33,194 nt of DNA. Origin: Candidatus Kryptonium sp. (lineage in GTDB: Bacteria > Bacteroidota > Ignavibacteria > Kryptoniales > Kryptoniaceae). The notes below the pieces were generated by a model. The model saw nothing but the letters and a program-made list of their open reading frames with translations, was not told the origin of the DNA and did no database searches. The DNA lies in contig JBKBWH010000001.1 in the NCBI GenBank assembly GCA_046289115.1, positions 1 through 33,194 of the forward strand, in the 5' to 3' direction. This document shows positions 10,026 to 20,845 of this stretch, piece by piece; position 1 is the stretch's first letter; each line of letters starts with the position of its first letter. A program made the position numbers and the translations under genes.

Positions 10026-11115
10026 TTTTACCCTTTGCCAATTTTAAAATTGATTTTGCGATTATATCTCCTGCCTCAGGATTAGCCAATGGCTTTGCCT
10101 TTTCTCGCATCATCTTCAGTTTTTCGTCATCAGTGATCAAATTTAAAATTTTCTCTTTCAATTTCGATTTCAGTTCCGAATCAAACAAAATCTCACCAGC
10201 TCCATTTTCGAACAAAACCTTTGCGTTTTCATATTGATGATTAGCAGCTGCAAATGGATATGGAACAAGAATTGACGGAACACCAAAATAAGTGATCTCG
10301 GAAATCGTCGTCGCTCCAGCTCTGCATACGGAAAGGTCACAAGCTGAATAAGCATAATCAATTTCATCTAAAAATTGGAAAACTTTAACTCCGTGCATCC
10401 CTTTACATTTATCTTTAACTCTTTCAAAATCAAACATACCTGTTTGCCAGATTACTTGTATATCTTTTTCGACGAGTTCATCAATTATTTCAAGCATCGC
10501 CTCATTTATTGACCTTGCTCCAGTGCTTCCTCCAAACACAAACAATGTCTTCTTTCCTTCATCAAGCCCGAAAAATTTTAAAGCCTCACTCTTCGGATAA
10601 ATTTTTAAACTGCTTCTTATCGGATTTCCAGTAAGAAAAACATTGTCTTTCCTTTTCAAATACCTGCGACTTGCCTCAAAAGTTATGTGCACTTCATCAA
10701 CAAGCGTTGAAAGAAGGCGAGTGGTTATCCCAGGATAACTGTTTTGCTCCTGAATTAAAGTTGGAACTCCAAGCAAAGAAGCAATAAATACAACCGGACC
10801 ACTCACATATCCACCAGTTCCAACAACGACATTAGGCTTAAATTTTTTTATGATCAAAAAAGACTGAATCAAACTTACGATTAGCTTCAACGGAAATAAC
10901 AAATTCCTTAAGTCAAGCGAACGCCTAAGTCCCGAAATCCAAATGGACACGAACTTATAACCAGCTTTCGGAACAACCCTTGATTCAATCTTTCCTTTCG
11001 TCCCAACAAAAATTATATCAGATTCAGGCTCAATTTTTTTGACCGCATCAGCGATCGCTATCCCTGGGAAAATATGTCCACCTGTTCCACCACCTGTTAT
11101 CATTACTCTTACCAT
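10018..11115 (-). CDS. murG: lipid II N-acetylglucosaminyltransferase
   Basis: GGGTGGHIFPG, GTGGYVSGP, EQNSYPG, GNPIR, RAGATT, HQYENA. Confidence 0.97.
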   Translation of the reverse strand: MVRVMITGGGTGGHIFPGIAIADAVKKIEPESDIIFVGTKGKIESRVVPKAGYKFVSIWISGLRRSLDLRNLLFPLKLIVSLIQSFLIIKKFKPNVVVGTGGYVSGPVVFIASLLGVPTLIQEQNSYPGITTRLLSTLVDEVHITFEASRRYLKRKDNVFLTGNPIRSSLKIYPKSEALKFFGLDEGKKTLFVFGGSTGARSINEAMLEIIDELVEKDIQVIWQTGMFDFERVKDKCKGMHGVKVFQFLDEIDYAYSACDLSVCRAGATTISEITYFGVPSILVPYPFAAANHQYENAKVLFENGAGEILFDSELKSKLKEKILNLITDDEKLKMMREKAKPLANPEAGDIIAKSILKLAKGKNV

Positions 11116-11116
11116 T

Positions 11117-12211
11117 TCAATGTTTAATTTGCTTTGAAATGTTCAACAGTATCCCAACACCAATGCAATTCGCAATCATAGCGCTACCGCCATAACTTAC
11201 AAAAGGAAGCGGTATGCCAGTCGGCGGTAAAAGTCTTGAGACAACACCAATATGAACAAAGGCGGTTAAGAAAATTAAAAATGTGATCCCAAGCGCAAGA
11301 AATTTACCAAAGTCATCAACCACATACCTTGCAATTCTAATACCGCGATAAAAAATAACGAAGAGAATAAAAAGTAAAATCAAAGAACCAATGAAACCAT
11401 ATTCCTCAGCAAAAATTGAAAATATATAATCGTTATACGCAAGTGGTAAATAAAACTCACGCTGCCTGCTATGTCCAGGACCAACTCCAAATAATCCGCC
11501 TGTGCCAAGCCCAATCAATGCCTGCAACGCTTGATGTTTAGCATCGTTTGGAGCATCTCTAAAATTAATATAACCAAGCAATCTTTGAAATCTATATGGT
11601 TCAACAAAAAACATAAGAACAAGCAAAGGCAAACCTCCTGAAATACCTAAAATAAGATGTTTAACTTTAACGCCAGCAAGAAAAATTAAAAGAATTCCAA
11701 CCGAAAAAATTAAAAACGCCATCGTAAAGCTCTTTTGCAATAAAACAAGCACAAATACAAGAACAACAGCACCAAACAAAGGCAAAAAACCAAATTTAAA
11801 ATCCCTAATTTTATCACGGTTTCTCTCAAGCAAATAAGCCAGATAAATTATCGTCCCGATCTTGGCAAACTCCGAAACTTGAAAAACCAATGGACCAATT
11901 TGAAGCCATCTTTTTGCCTCCCCCTTCCCGAATATTAAAACGGAGACCAACAAAATCAAAACGATGATAAAAATATACGGCGCATATTCCCTGAGCTTTG
12001 AGTAGTCAACAAAAACAGCAAAAAAGATCATAATTGCAAGCCCAAGCAAAATGCGAAGAAAATGTTTCCCAAGAAAATAAATCCCAGAGTTATACTTTGA
12101 GCCCGCAATGTAAATGGTTGAAGAAAAAACAACAAAAAGCCCGATAAACATTAAAAGGACAACAAATGTAAACAAAATCCTGTCAATATGTTGCTCTGAT
12201 GTCTTCATCAC
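11117..12211 (-). CDS. ftsW: SEDS peptidoglycan polymerase FtsW
   Basis: Multi-TM protein with AKRWL, FQVSEFAK, DYIFSIFAEEYG and TGIPLPFVSYGGS; lies between murD and murG. Confidence 0.95.
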   Translation of the reverse strand: MMKTSEQHIDRILFTFVVLLMFIGLFVVFSSTIYIAGSKYNSGIYFLGKHFLRILLGLAIMIFFAVFVDYSKLREYAPYIFIIVLILLVSVLIFGKGEAKRWLQIGPLVFQVSEFAKIGTIIYLAYLLERNRDKIRDFKFGFLPLFGAVVLVFVLVLLQKSFTMAFLIFSVGILLIFLAGVKVKHLILGISGGLPLLVLMFFVEPYRFQRLLGYINFRDAPNDAKHQALQALIGLGTGGLFGVGPGHSRQREFYLPLAYNDYIFSIFAEEYGFIGSLILLFILFVIFYRGIRIARYVVDDFGKFLALGITFLIFLTAFVHIGVVSRLLPPTGIPLPFVSYGGSAMIANCIGVGILLNISKQIKH

Positions 12212-13575
12212 AGTTCATTCACAAGTTTTTTAAAAACCTCACCCCTATGCTCATAATCCCTGAACATATCAAAGCTTGCACACGCCGGCGAAAGCAAAAC
12301 AACATCTCCAGGTTCTGCCTTCTCATAAGCTTTTTTAACTGCCTCCTCCATTGAATCAACCTCAATTACATTGGTCAAATCCTTAAACTCATTATAAATT
12401 TTACTCTTTGACTCACCCATAGCAATTATAAGCTTAACCTTTCTTTTAACAAGGTCATAAACTTTTGAATAATCGTTGCCCTTGTCCCTTCCACCAGCGA
12501 TCAAAATTATCGGCTCATCAAAACTTTCAAGCGCATACCAAAGAGAATTCACATTTGTCGCTTTAGAATCATTGATAAACTTAACACCGTTTATCTCACG
12601 CACAAACTCAAGCCGATGCTCAACCCCCTCAAAACTTTGTAAACTCTCCCTTATTATTTCATCCTTAACCTCCATAGCTCTTGCTGCAAGCGCAGCAGCA
12701 AGTGAGTTATAAACATTATGAATTCCCCTGATCTTTAAATCGCTCATCTTTAAAATCCTCTCTTTTTTATTTTTGAAGTTCAAAGTGATATAACCATCAT
12801 CAATGAATCCCCCACAAGACAGCTTCTCCCTGACACTAAATGGCAACTTGACAACATTTAAACTTTCAACATATGGCTGAACTATCTCATCATCATAATT
12901 GTAAACCGCAAAATCATCCTCCTTTTGATTCTTGAAAATTCTAAATTTCGACAGGATGTAATCACCAAACGAATCGTATCTGTCAAGGTGATCGGGCGTT
13001 ATATTTAAAAGAATAGCCACCCTCGGTCTAAAACTTTCAATATGGTCAAGTTGAAAACTGCTGACCTCCAAAACAACAATACTTTTCTCGTCAGCATCAA
13101 GAACAAAGTCTGAAAAAGGTGCCCCGATATTTCCAGCTACAATGACTTTAAAACCAGCTGTTCTAAAAATATGCCCAATTAAACTTGTCGTAGTTGTTTT
13201 GCCGTTCGTTCCTGTCACAGCAACAATTGGCGCTTTACAAAACCACGATGCAACCTCAATTTCGCTCCATACTTTTATCCCAAGTTCCATCGCTTTTTGA
13301 ACAACTGGCGCATTCGATGGAACTCCCGGGCTTATCACCATAAAATCACAATCATAAACTTTTTCACTATGTTCACCAAATTCATACTTTATCCCAGCTG
13401 ACCCAAGTTCTTCAGGTGTAAATTTAACATACTTTATCTCCTCAGGTTTTTTCATATCACTTACGAAAACCTCTACTCCCATCTTTTTTAGAAGCTTCGC
13501 CACCGCAAGACCACTTCTTGCTCCACCGATCACAGTAACTCTCTTACCTTCAATATTTTGAAAAGTCAAGCTCAT
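12208..13575 (-). CDS. murD: UDP-MurNAc-L-Ala--D-glutamate ligase
   Basis: VISPGVP, TGTNGKTTTT, EVSSFQL, NITPDHLDRY, NDSKATN, LLSPACASFD. Confidence 0.97.
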   Translation of the reverse strand: MSLTFQNIEGKRVTVIGGARSGLAVAKLLKKMGVEVFVSDMKKPEEIKYVKFTPEELGSAGIKYEFGEHSEKVYDCDFMVISPGVPSNAPVVQKAMELGIKVWSEIEVASWFCKAPIVAVTGTNGKTTTTSLIGHIFRTAGFKVIVAGNIGAPFSDFVLDADEKSIVVLEVSSFQLDHIESFRPRVAILLNITPDHLDRYDSFGDYILSKFRIFKNQKEDDFAVYNYDDEIVQPYVESLNVVKLPFSVREKLSCGGFIDDGYITLNFKNKKERILKMSDLKIRGIHNVYNSLAAALAARAMEVKDEIIRESLQSFEGVEHRLEFVREINGVKFINDSKATNVNSLWYALESFDEPIILIAGGRDKGNDYSKVYDLVKRKVKLIIAMGESKSKIYNEFKDLTNVIEVDSMEEAVKKAYEKAEPGDVVLLSPACASFDMFRDYEHRGEVFKKLVNEL

Positions 13576-13585
13576 TAATTTCTCT

Positions 13586-14701
13586 TCACCTAAGTTTAAA
13601 TGTAACCAAGCTTAAAATGGCGAAAATTATCGCAATTATGTAAAATCTTATCACGATTTTCGGCTCCTCCCATCCGAGCAATTCAAAATGATGATGAATC
13701 GGCGCCATTTTAAAAACCCTTCTACCTTGACCATACTTTTTCTTCGTGTACTTAAAATAAAGACGCTGAATTATAACGCTCAATGTTTCAATTACAAAAA
13801 CCCCACCGAAAACAGGAAGCAAAAGTTCCTTTTTTATCATCACTGAAACAGCACCAATTATCCCTCCAAGCGCAAGCGAACCTGTGTCACCCATAAAAAC
13901 CTGGGCTGGATATGCATTGAACCATAGAAAACCAAGTGACGCTCCAACAAGAGCTGAAAGAAACACAGCAAGCTCACCCGAACCCCGAAGATAAACTATG
14001 CTCAAATACCTACTAAATTCAATATGTCCCGAAACATAAGCCATAATAGTAAGCGTAAGAGCCGAAATCCCAACTATTCCAATCGCAAGCCCATCAAGAC
14101 CATCAGTTAGATTGACCGCATTTGATGTCGCCGTTATTATGAAAACGATCACAGGAATATAAATCCACCAATAAACATAATCCCAATTCAAATTTTTTAT
14201 AAACGGCAATGTGGTTATCGTCTCTATCCCATCAAACTCTGGTGAATTATAAAGCACAACCCCAACAATCAAACCAATGCTTATCTGCCCTATCAACTTA
14301 TACCTTGCGATTAAACCATTCGGATACTTCTTAACAACTTTAAGATAATCATCAATGAAACCAACTATCCCAAGCCATACGGTGACAAGAATCGCTAACC
14401 ATACATACATATTTTTCAAATCACCCCATAACAAAATTGGAACAAGAACCCCAAGATGAATTATTAAACCACCCATCGTCGGAGTCCCAGCCTTCGCTTT
14501 ATGTCTTTCCGGTCCTTCCTCGCGGATCATCTCACCAATCTGATGCTCCTTTAACTTTCTTATTATCTTCGGACCAAACAAGAAACAAATAATTAAAGAG
14601 GTTAACACCGCAAGACCACTTCTAAAGGTTATAAACCTAAAAGCATCAAACCCAGGTGGCGCATATAACTTGTTTATCCAATCAAAAAGGTAATATAGCA
14701 T
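13586..14701 (-). CDS. mraY: phospho-N-acetylmuramoyl-pentapeptide transferase
   Basis: KAGTPTMGG, GFIDDY, NAVNLTDGLDGLA, FMGDTGSL, MAPIHHHFE. Confidence 0.97.
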   Translation of the reverse strand: MLYYLFDWINKLYAPPGFDAFRFITFRSGLAVLTSLIICFLFGPKIIRKLKEHQIGEMIREEGPERHKAKAGTPTMGGLIIHLGVLVPILLWGDLKNMYVWLAILVTVWLGIVGFIDDYLKVVKKYPNGLIARYKLIGQISIGLIVGVVLYNSPEFDGIETITTLPFIKNLNWDYVYWWIYIPVIVFIITATSNAVNLTDGLDGLAIGIVGISALTLTIMAYVSGHIEFSRYLSIVYLRGSGELAVFLSALVGASLGFLWFNAYPAQVFMGDTGSLALGGIIGAVSVMIKKELLLPVFGGVFVIETLSVIIQRLYFKYTKKKYGQGRRVFKMAPIHHHFELLGWEEPKIVIRFYIIAIIFAILSLVTFKLR

Positions 14702-16101
14702 TAAGCCAGACCCTTAATTTTATTTATAAGTTTTTCAACTACATCCTCCATCTGCATACCCCTTGAACCCTTAACAAGCACTATGTCACCTCTCTCAACA
14801 ACCTCAAAAAGATGATAAACAAGAAAATCTTTATCATCGAAATGCATCGAATGTTTAATCAAATCCGAAGCCACCTCATAAGCATAATGCATATCCGAAC
14901 CATAAGTAAAAAGATAATCAATGCCGAACTCCGCAACCTTTCGACCAATTTCCCGATGAGCTTCTTCAGCATACGAACCAAGTTCAAGCATATCACCAAG
15001 CACTGCTATCTTTTTGCCAGAACACCTCATTTGAACAAGAGTTTTAAGAGACGCTATAACCGAATCTGGATTTGCATTATATGTATCATTTATTATTGTT
15101 ATCCCCTTCACTTTTAAAATCTCCATCCGCTTTGAAAATGGCTTGTAAGACTGCAAAGCTTTCTTTATAAGATTTGCAGAAACCCCAAATTTTAACCCAA
15201 CTGCAAATGCTGAAATCGCATTCATCACAAGATGTTCACCGGGAATTTTTAACTTCAAAACCTGTTCCTTCCCGCCAAATTTAACCTTAAACTTAACCCT
15301 TGCAAAATCATCAATATCAACTATCTCACCTCGAACATCTGCACCTTCAGCAAAACCAAATGTGATTTTATCTTTGAACTTCTCACCCATCCTCCTCAAA
15401 TGTGGATCATCAACATTGACGAAGACAAATCCGCCCCTTTCATAAAGATAATCAAAAAGAGAACCCTCTTCCCTTGCAACACCTTCAATATCACCCAAAA
15501 ACTCAATATGTTCCCGCCCAATGTTCGTTATCAAACCGTGGTCTGGTTCCGCAACTTCGCATAAATACCTAATTTCACCAAAATGATTTGTCCCAAATTC
15601 AATAACCGCAACTCGATGCGATTTTCTAAGCTGAAAGAGCGTCAACGGAACACCAATTTGATTATTGAGATTTCCTTCGGATTTCAAAACCTTATATTTC
15701 TGCCCAAGAACAAATGCTATCATCTCCTTCGTCGTCGTTTTACCATTGCTTCCTGCAACAGCTATCACCGGGATATCAAAATCTCTTCTATAAGCATTGG
15801 CAAGTTTGCCAAGCGCTTTTAATGTATCTTCAACAGCGATCAAAACTTTTGTCTTGAACTTTTCTTTATTCTTTTCAAACCATTCAAAATTAACAACACA
15901 CGCCACAGCTCCTCTTTTAAAAGAAGAACTAACAAAGTCATGTCCGTTAAATCTCTCGCCCTTTATCGCAAAAAATATCTCGCCTTTTTTTATTTTTCTT
16001 GAATCAGTAGAAACTCCAGCGACTCTTTTCTTTTCCATCTTTTTAAGATTTAATGCATCAATAAAACCCATCTTCCTTATGTGCTCCATGCTTAAACTCA
16101 A
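14701..16101 (-). CDS. murF: UDP-MurNAc-tripeptide--D-Ala-D-Ala ligase
   Basis: STDSR, AGSNGKTTTKEM, NNQIGVPLT, NDTYNANPDS, LGDMLELG, LVKGSRGM. Confidence 0.96.
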   Translation of the reverse strand: MSLSMEHIRKMGFIDALNLKKMEKKRVAGVSTDSRKIKKGEIFFAIKGERFNGHDFVSSSFKRGAVACVVNFEWFEKNKEKFKTKVLIAVEDTLKALGKLANAYRRDFDIPVIAVAGSNGKTTTKEMIAFVLGQKYKVLKSEGNLNNQIGVPLTLFQLRKSHRVAVIEFGTNHFGEIRYLCEVAEPDHGLITNIGREHIEFLGDIEGVAREEGSLFDYLYERGGFVFVNVDDPHLRRMGEKFKDKITFGFAEGADVRGEIVDIDDFARVKFKVKFGGKEQVLKLKIPGEHLVMNAISAFAVGLKFGVSANLIKKALQSYKPFSKRMEILKVKGITIINDTYNANPDSVIASLKTLVQMRCSGKKIAVLGDMLELGSYAEEAHREIGRKVAEFGIDYLFTYGSDMHYAYEVASDLIKHSMHFDDKDFLVYHLFEVVERGDIVLVKGSRGMQMEDVVEKLINKIKGLA

Positions 16102-17594
16102 TTCTGTCCTTTCACTTTGGTTTTGAAATATTCAAACACAACTTGACTATCACTAAATGGAACTTTAATATCTCTTATGATTTGATACTCTTCATGTCCC
16201 TTTCCAGCTATTAAAACAATGTCATTTCTTTCAGCCATTTCAAGCGCTCGCTCAATAGCTTCCTTGCGATCAACAAAAACATAATAAACGGAATTTTCCT
16301 TCACCCCCTTAAGAATATCAGAAATGATTCCCTCTGGGTCCTCAAACCTTGGATTATCTGATGTTATAACAGTGATATCACTTTTCTCTGTTGAGATCCT
16401 TCCCATTATTGGTCTTTTGCTTTTATCCCTATCACCACCGCAACCAAAAACCGTTATCAATTTTCCTCCACCTAATTGTTCTCTCATCTTTAAAATTGCA
16501 TCAATACACTTCTCAAGCGCATCTGGCGTATGTGCATAATCTATTATCACTGTATAACCATCTGGTGAAACTATCCTTTCAAATCGCCCCTTTACACTTT
16601 CAACCGCCTCAATTCCTCTTTTTATATCCTCAAGTTCAATACCAAGTATATAACCAACAGCAACTGCAGATGAAATGTTATAAACATTAAACTCGCCAAT
16701 TAATTTTGAACTTATCTCCAGCTCAGCCCCTGTCGGAACTTGAACGATAACATATGTCCCATCAAAACCCAATCGAAATTCTTTAATCCTCACATCCGCT
16801 CTTTCATTCTTTCCGTAAGATAATTTCATAGCTTTTGTATCCGCAACAATCCTCTCCCCGTGTGGATCATCAATGTTATAAACCGCATAAGCAGATTGTT
16901 TAAGTGAATCGAATAAAATTTTCTTCGCTTGAAAATAAGCTTCAAAGGTCTGGTGAAAGTCGAGATGATCATGTGTTAAATTTGTAAACACCCCAACATC
17001 AAAATCAAGCCCATAAACTCGATCAAGCGCCAAAGCATGCGATGAAACCTCCATCACACAAGACGAAATTCCTTTTTCCACCATTTTGCTAATAAACCTG
17101 TTAATCTCAAGAGACTCAGGTGTTGTCTGACCTGCGGGAATGATTTCGTCACCGATAACATAATTTATCGTCCCAATCAAACCAGCCTTCATTCCACCGA
17201 ATTCAAGAATTGACTTAATAAGATGAGTCGTCGTCGTTTTACCATTTGTCCCAGTCACACCAATAAGTTTTAACTTTTGGGATGGAAAACCATAAAAAAC
17301 CGATGAAGCAACCGCAAGTGCTTTTCTTGAATCCGGAACAACGATTTTTGCTACATTCCTTTCAATAAAGTAATTATCATCGATTAAATCATCTTCAAGG
17401 ATAATCGCAACTGCACCACCAAGCACTGCCTCCGGAATGAATCTGTGCCCATCGACATTTAAGCCCTTTATCGCAACAAAAAGCTCACCCTCATCAACCT
17501 CCCGAGAATCATAGGCAATCCCGCTTACATTTAAATTTTCATCTCCGACAAACTTTTTAACCTTGAGATATTTTAAAATTTCAGAAAGTTTCAT
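16098..17594 (-). CDS. murE: UDP-MurNAc-dipeptide--meso-diaminopimelate ligase
   Basis: TGTNGKTTT, QTTPESL, MEVSSHAL, DHLDFH, DYAHTPD, GCGGDRD; the DNPR motif indicates meso-DAP specificity. Confidence 0.97.
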   Translation of the reverse strand: MKLSEILKYLKVKKFVGDENLNVSGIAYDSREVDEGELFVAIKGLNVDGHRFIPEAVLGGAVAIILEDDLIDDNYFIERNVAKIVVPDSRKALAVASSVFYGFPSQKLKLIGVTGTNGKTTTTHLIKSILEFGGMKAGLIGTINYVIGDEIIPAGQTTPESLEINRFISKMVEKGISSCVMEVSSHALALDRVYGLDFDVGVFTNLTHDHLDFHQTFEAYFQAKKILFDSLKQSAYAVYNIDDPHGERIVADTKAMKLSYGKNERADVRIKEFRLGFDGTYVIVQVPTGAELEISSKLIGEFNVYNISSAVAVGYILGIELEDIKRGIEAVESVKGRFERIVSPDGYTVIIDYAHTPDALEKCIDAILKMREQLGGGKLITVFGCGGDRDKSKRPIMGRISTEKSDITVITSDNPRFEDPEGIISDILKGVKENSVYYVFVDRKEAIERALEMAERNDIVLIAGKGHEEYQIIRDIKVPFSDSQVVFEYFKTKVKGQN

Positions 17595-17597
17595 CCC

Positions 17598-19631
17598 TCA
17601 TCTAAATTTGTTTTCCAAATTATCGCGACAATAAAGAACACATTCCATTCCGGCTTTTATACTTGACCCTGGCTTTGGTGTTTGATCAACTACTACGCCA
17701 GAACCAATGATGTTAACTTTTAAATCAAAAGGTGAAATTTTTGAAAGCGCCGAACGAAGAGATAAACCCCTCAAGTCTGGCATTTTACCATCTCTAACCT
17801 TAACCATGGCAGCATCTTCATCAGATAGAAACATTTTACTTTCATTCTTAACAACCTCAAATTCTTTGGATTCGCTTTCAATGGGCGAAAGTTTGATCAA
17901 CTGTTCCGCAATTCTCCTAAAAACAGGCGCAGCAACAATTCCACCAGCATAGCTTTTCTTCGGAGATTCAAGCATGACAAAACAAACAAATCTTGGTTTC
18001 TCAACTGGGAAAAATCCAACAAAGGAAGCTCGGTAGCGCGCTTTTGAATAAAACCCAAATTCATAAATCTGCGCCGTCCCAGTTTTTCCTGCAACCCTCA
18101 AACCCTCAACCTTTGCCTGCATCCCTGTCCCTTCATCTACAACCTTTTCAAGTATTTCCGTCAAAATTTCTGCTGTCTTTTCTGAAATAACTTGTCTAAC
18201 CTTGACAACAGGAAAACTTTTAACAACCTTACCCTCCAAATCAAGTATTTCCTTTACTATCCTTGGCTGAATTAAAACCCCACCATTTGCAATGCTTACA
18301 TAAGCCATCGCAATTTGAATGGCTGTAGCTCTTAATTCATAACCAAAAGACATGTAAATTTTGGTTGCCGGTGACCATTTATCAGGTGTTTTCACCTCAC
18401 CTTTGGCTTCAGCTGGAAGATTTATACCCGTATAAGCTCCAAAACCAAAATTTCTGATATGTTTATAAAATTCAACCTTATCAAGCTCAAGCCCAAGCTT
18501 AGCCATCCCAATATTACTTGAATACTTTAAAACATCTGTAAAGCTCAAAACATCGTTTGGTTTAAAATCAACAACTTTAACACCTCGGACAACGCTTTTT
18601 CCACCGTCAACATTCACCTTTGAATATAACTTATTCGGGTCCTTTTCAAGTAAAAGCGAAGCAGGAACAATTTTGAAAGTTGAACCAGGTTCAAAAGCAT
18701 CAAGAAGTGCCCTGTTTTTAAAATTCTCTACATCAAACAACCAATAATTATTTGGATCAAAATTTGGATAATTCGCAAGACCAAGTATATCTCCAGTCCA
18801 TGGGTCGACAACTATTACTACCCCGCTTTCAGCCTCAAATTCTTTCACAGCTTTTTCAAGCTCATTTTCAATGATCGTTTGAACACCCACATCAATAGAT
18901 AACTTCAAATTATATCCATCAATAGGTTCAACCCTTTCAACCTCAATAGACGCCTTTGTAATACCAAGCGCATCCCTTGTTAATTTCATAAATCCATCTT
19001 TACCCCTTAAAATTTTGTCAAACTCAAGTTCAACCCCCATCAAAGCCTTACCATCAATGTTAACCATCCCAAGCACATGACTTGCGAGTTTACCATAAGG
19101 GTAATATCTTCTAAACTTTTCAACTTTAACTATTCCCCTGTAAATTTTTTTCTCTTTTTGTTCTCTTAGACCATTTACAAATGCATCAAATTTTGAGACT
19201 TCTTCTGGAGTTGCATTTTTAACAAGCCAAACAAACCTTTTGCTCGTATCTCTCAATTTCTCTAAATAATACTTCTTATCCCCACCAAAAATTTTCGCCA
19301 ATTCTTCCGAAACTCTATTTATATCTGCGCCAACTTTCTTCAAATAAAATGGATCTGCTCCGATTTGGGTTTCAACAAGATTGGTTACAAGAATCCTACC
19401 ATCTCTGTCAAAAATCAAACCTCTCTTTGCAAACAATGTCACTTTCGTATAATACTGAGCATTTGAAAGTGAAGAATAGTAAGAATGATCGATAATTTGA
19501 ACCTTCAAAAGTCGCAAGACAATAAGCACAAGAAGCGCCGTAGAAACCCAAAACAGAAAATCTAACCTCACCTTGAACACCGCTCCTAAATCTCTCTCAT
19601 GTCCATAATTATTTCCGAGTTTAATCTTCAC
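17598..19631 (-). CDS. ftsI: class B penicillin-binding protein FtsI with C-terminal PASTA domain
   Basis: RGLIFDR and RYYP dimerisation motifs; SxxK (EPGSTFK), SxN (YSSNIG) and KTG (AGKTGTAQ); PASTA MPDLRGLSLR...QTPKPG. Confidence 0.95.
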   Translation of the reverse strand: MKIKLGNNYGHERDLGAVFKVRLDFLFWVSTALLVLIVLRLLKVQIIDHSYYSSLSNAQYYTKVTLFAKRGLIFDRDGRILVTNLVETQIGADPFYLKKVGADINRVSEELAKIFGGDKKYYLEKLRDTSKRFVWLVKNATPEEVSKFDAFVNGLREQKEKKIYRGIVKVEKFRRYYPYGKLASHVLGMVNIDGKALMGVELEFDKILRGKDGFMKLTRDALGITKASIEVERVEPIDGYNLKLSIDVGVQTIIENELEKAVKEFEAESGVVIVVDPWTGDILGLANYPNFDPNNYWLFDVENFKNRALLDAFEPGSTFKIVPASLLLEKDPNKLYSKVNVDGGKSVVRGVKVVDFKPNDVLSFTDVLKYSSNIGMAKLGLELDKVEFYKHIRNFGFGAYTGINLPAEAKGEVKTPDKWSPATKIYMSFGYELRATAIQIAMAYVSIANGGVLIQPRIVKEILDLEGKVVKSFPVVKVRQVISEKTAEILTEILEKVVDEGTGMQAKVEGLRVAGKTGTAQIYEFGFYSKARYRASFVGFFPVEKPRFVCFVMLESPKKSYAGGIVAAPVFRRIAEQLIKLSPIESESKEFEVVKNESKMFLSDEDAAMVKVRDGKMPDLRGLSLRSALSKISPFDLKVNIIGSGVVVDQTPKPGSSIKAGMECVLYCRDNLENKFR

Positions 19632-19915
19632 TCTCTTACCTCAATTTCTTTGGGCTTCTCCTTTGGAAAAACAAGACCAAGCCTTTGCTGAGCATACGGG
19701 ACCACATAATTTACCGAAACAAGTTTCTCATATCTTGCTTCAAGAAGCAATCTTTCTATTTTCAACTGCTCAAGCTTCTTCTCGAGTTTAACAATCTCAT
19801 CAGCACGCCTATCGACGATAAAAGAATTCCAAATATATACAACTATGAGCACGCCAGCGATCAAAAGAAAAATAAAAATTTTCGCTCCACTTATTTTATC
19901 TTTTTCCTTACTCAT
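19628..19915 (-). CDS. ftsL: cell division protein FtsL
   Basis: 95 aa with a short cytoplasmic N-terminus, one TM, a leucine heptad coiled coil and A..RLGL..P; canonical position between rsmH and ftsI. Confidence 0.82.
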   Translation of the reverse strand: MSKEKDKISGAKIFIFLLIAGVLIVVYIWNSFIVDRRADEIVKLEKKLEQLKIERLLLEARYEKLVSVNYVVPYAQQRLGLVFPKEKPKEIEVRE

Positions 19916-20844
19916 GTAAACTCAACTATTTTTTCTCCAGCTCTTAGTTTTGCGCTCCTTGCCCTTGGATTTAAACCTATCTCTTTCTCGCTTGGCACTA
20001 TGGGTTTCTTTGTAAGAATTCTTATAACTTCAACCTTTCCACACTTGCATTCAAAAACATCCGGTGGACATATACACCTTTTTTCATTACTTTTAAAAAA
20101 CATCTTAACAATTCTATCTTCAAGCGAGTGATACGAAATCACAACAATCCGACCTCCTTTCTCAAGAACATTCACAACAGAATCAAGAGCAACTTTCAAA
20201 TTGTCAAGCTCTCTATTAACTGCAATCCTCAAACTTTGAAAAACCCTTGCGAGAACCTTCAACCTATATTTCTTGCTCGCAACTTTATCAACAATTTTTA
20301 CAAGCTCACTCGTCGTCTCTATCTTTTTTCTTCTTCTGTATCTGACGATCTCCCTTGCGATCATCCTCGCCCTCGGCTCTTCACCAAACTTGAAAATTAT
20401 ATCAGCAATCTCTCCTTCTGAATAATTATTTAAGATATGCTCCGCCGTCAGCTCAGAGCTCCTATCCATTCTCATATCCAGCTTGTCATCAAGTCTAAAA
20501 CTAAAACCACCACCATAATCAAGTTGAAACGATGAAACCCCAAGATCAAGCAAAAAACCTGTTATCTTCCCAACACCAATTTCAGCCAAACTTTCCTTCA
20601 AAGTCGCATAATTTCTATTAAGAATTAAAACCCTATCACCAAAAATTTTTAATCTTTCACTGGCGAACCTAACTGCTTCTGGATCAATATCAAATCCAAT
20701 AACCTTTGCCCTTGTCCTTTTCAAGATCTCCTCGCTATGCCCTCCACCTCCAATCGTCCCATCAACATAAATTCCATCATCACGAGTTATCAAATATTTC
20801 ATCACCTCTTCAACCATCACAGGTATGTGAAAACCTTTCTCCAT
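19912..20844 (-). CDS. rsmH: 16S rRNA m4C1402 methyltransferase
   Basis: HIPVM, VDGTIGGGGHS, LDLGVSSFQLD, LDMRMD, ISYHSLEDRIVK, NPRARSAKLR. Start reassigned to ATG 20844, just after the mraZ stop. Confidence 0.96.
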   Translation of the reverse strand: MEKGFHIPVMVEEVMKYLITRDDGIYVDGTIGGGGHSEEILKRTRAKVIGFDIDPEAVRFASERLKIFGDRVLILNRNYATLKESLAEIGVGKITGFLLDLGVSSFQLDYGGGFSFRLDDKLDMRMDRSSELTAEHILNNYSEGEIADIIFKFGEEPRARMIAREIVRYRRRKKIETTSELVKIVDKVASKKYRLKVLARVFQSLRIAVNRELDNLKVALDSVVNVLEKGGRIVVISYHSLEDRIVKMFFKSNEKRCICPPDVFECKCGKVEVIRILTKKPIVPSEKEIGLNPRARSAKLRAGEKIVEFT

Positions 20845-20845
20845 T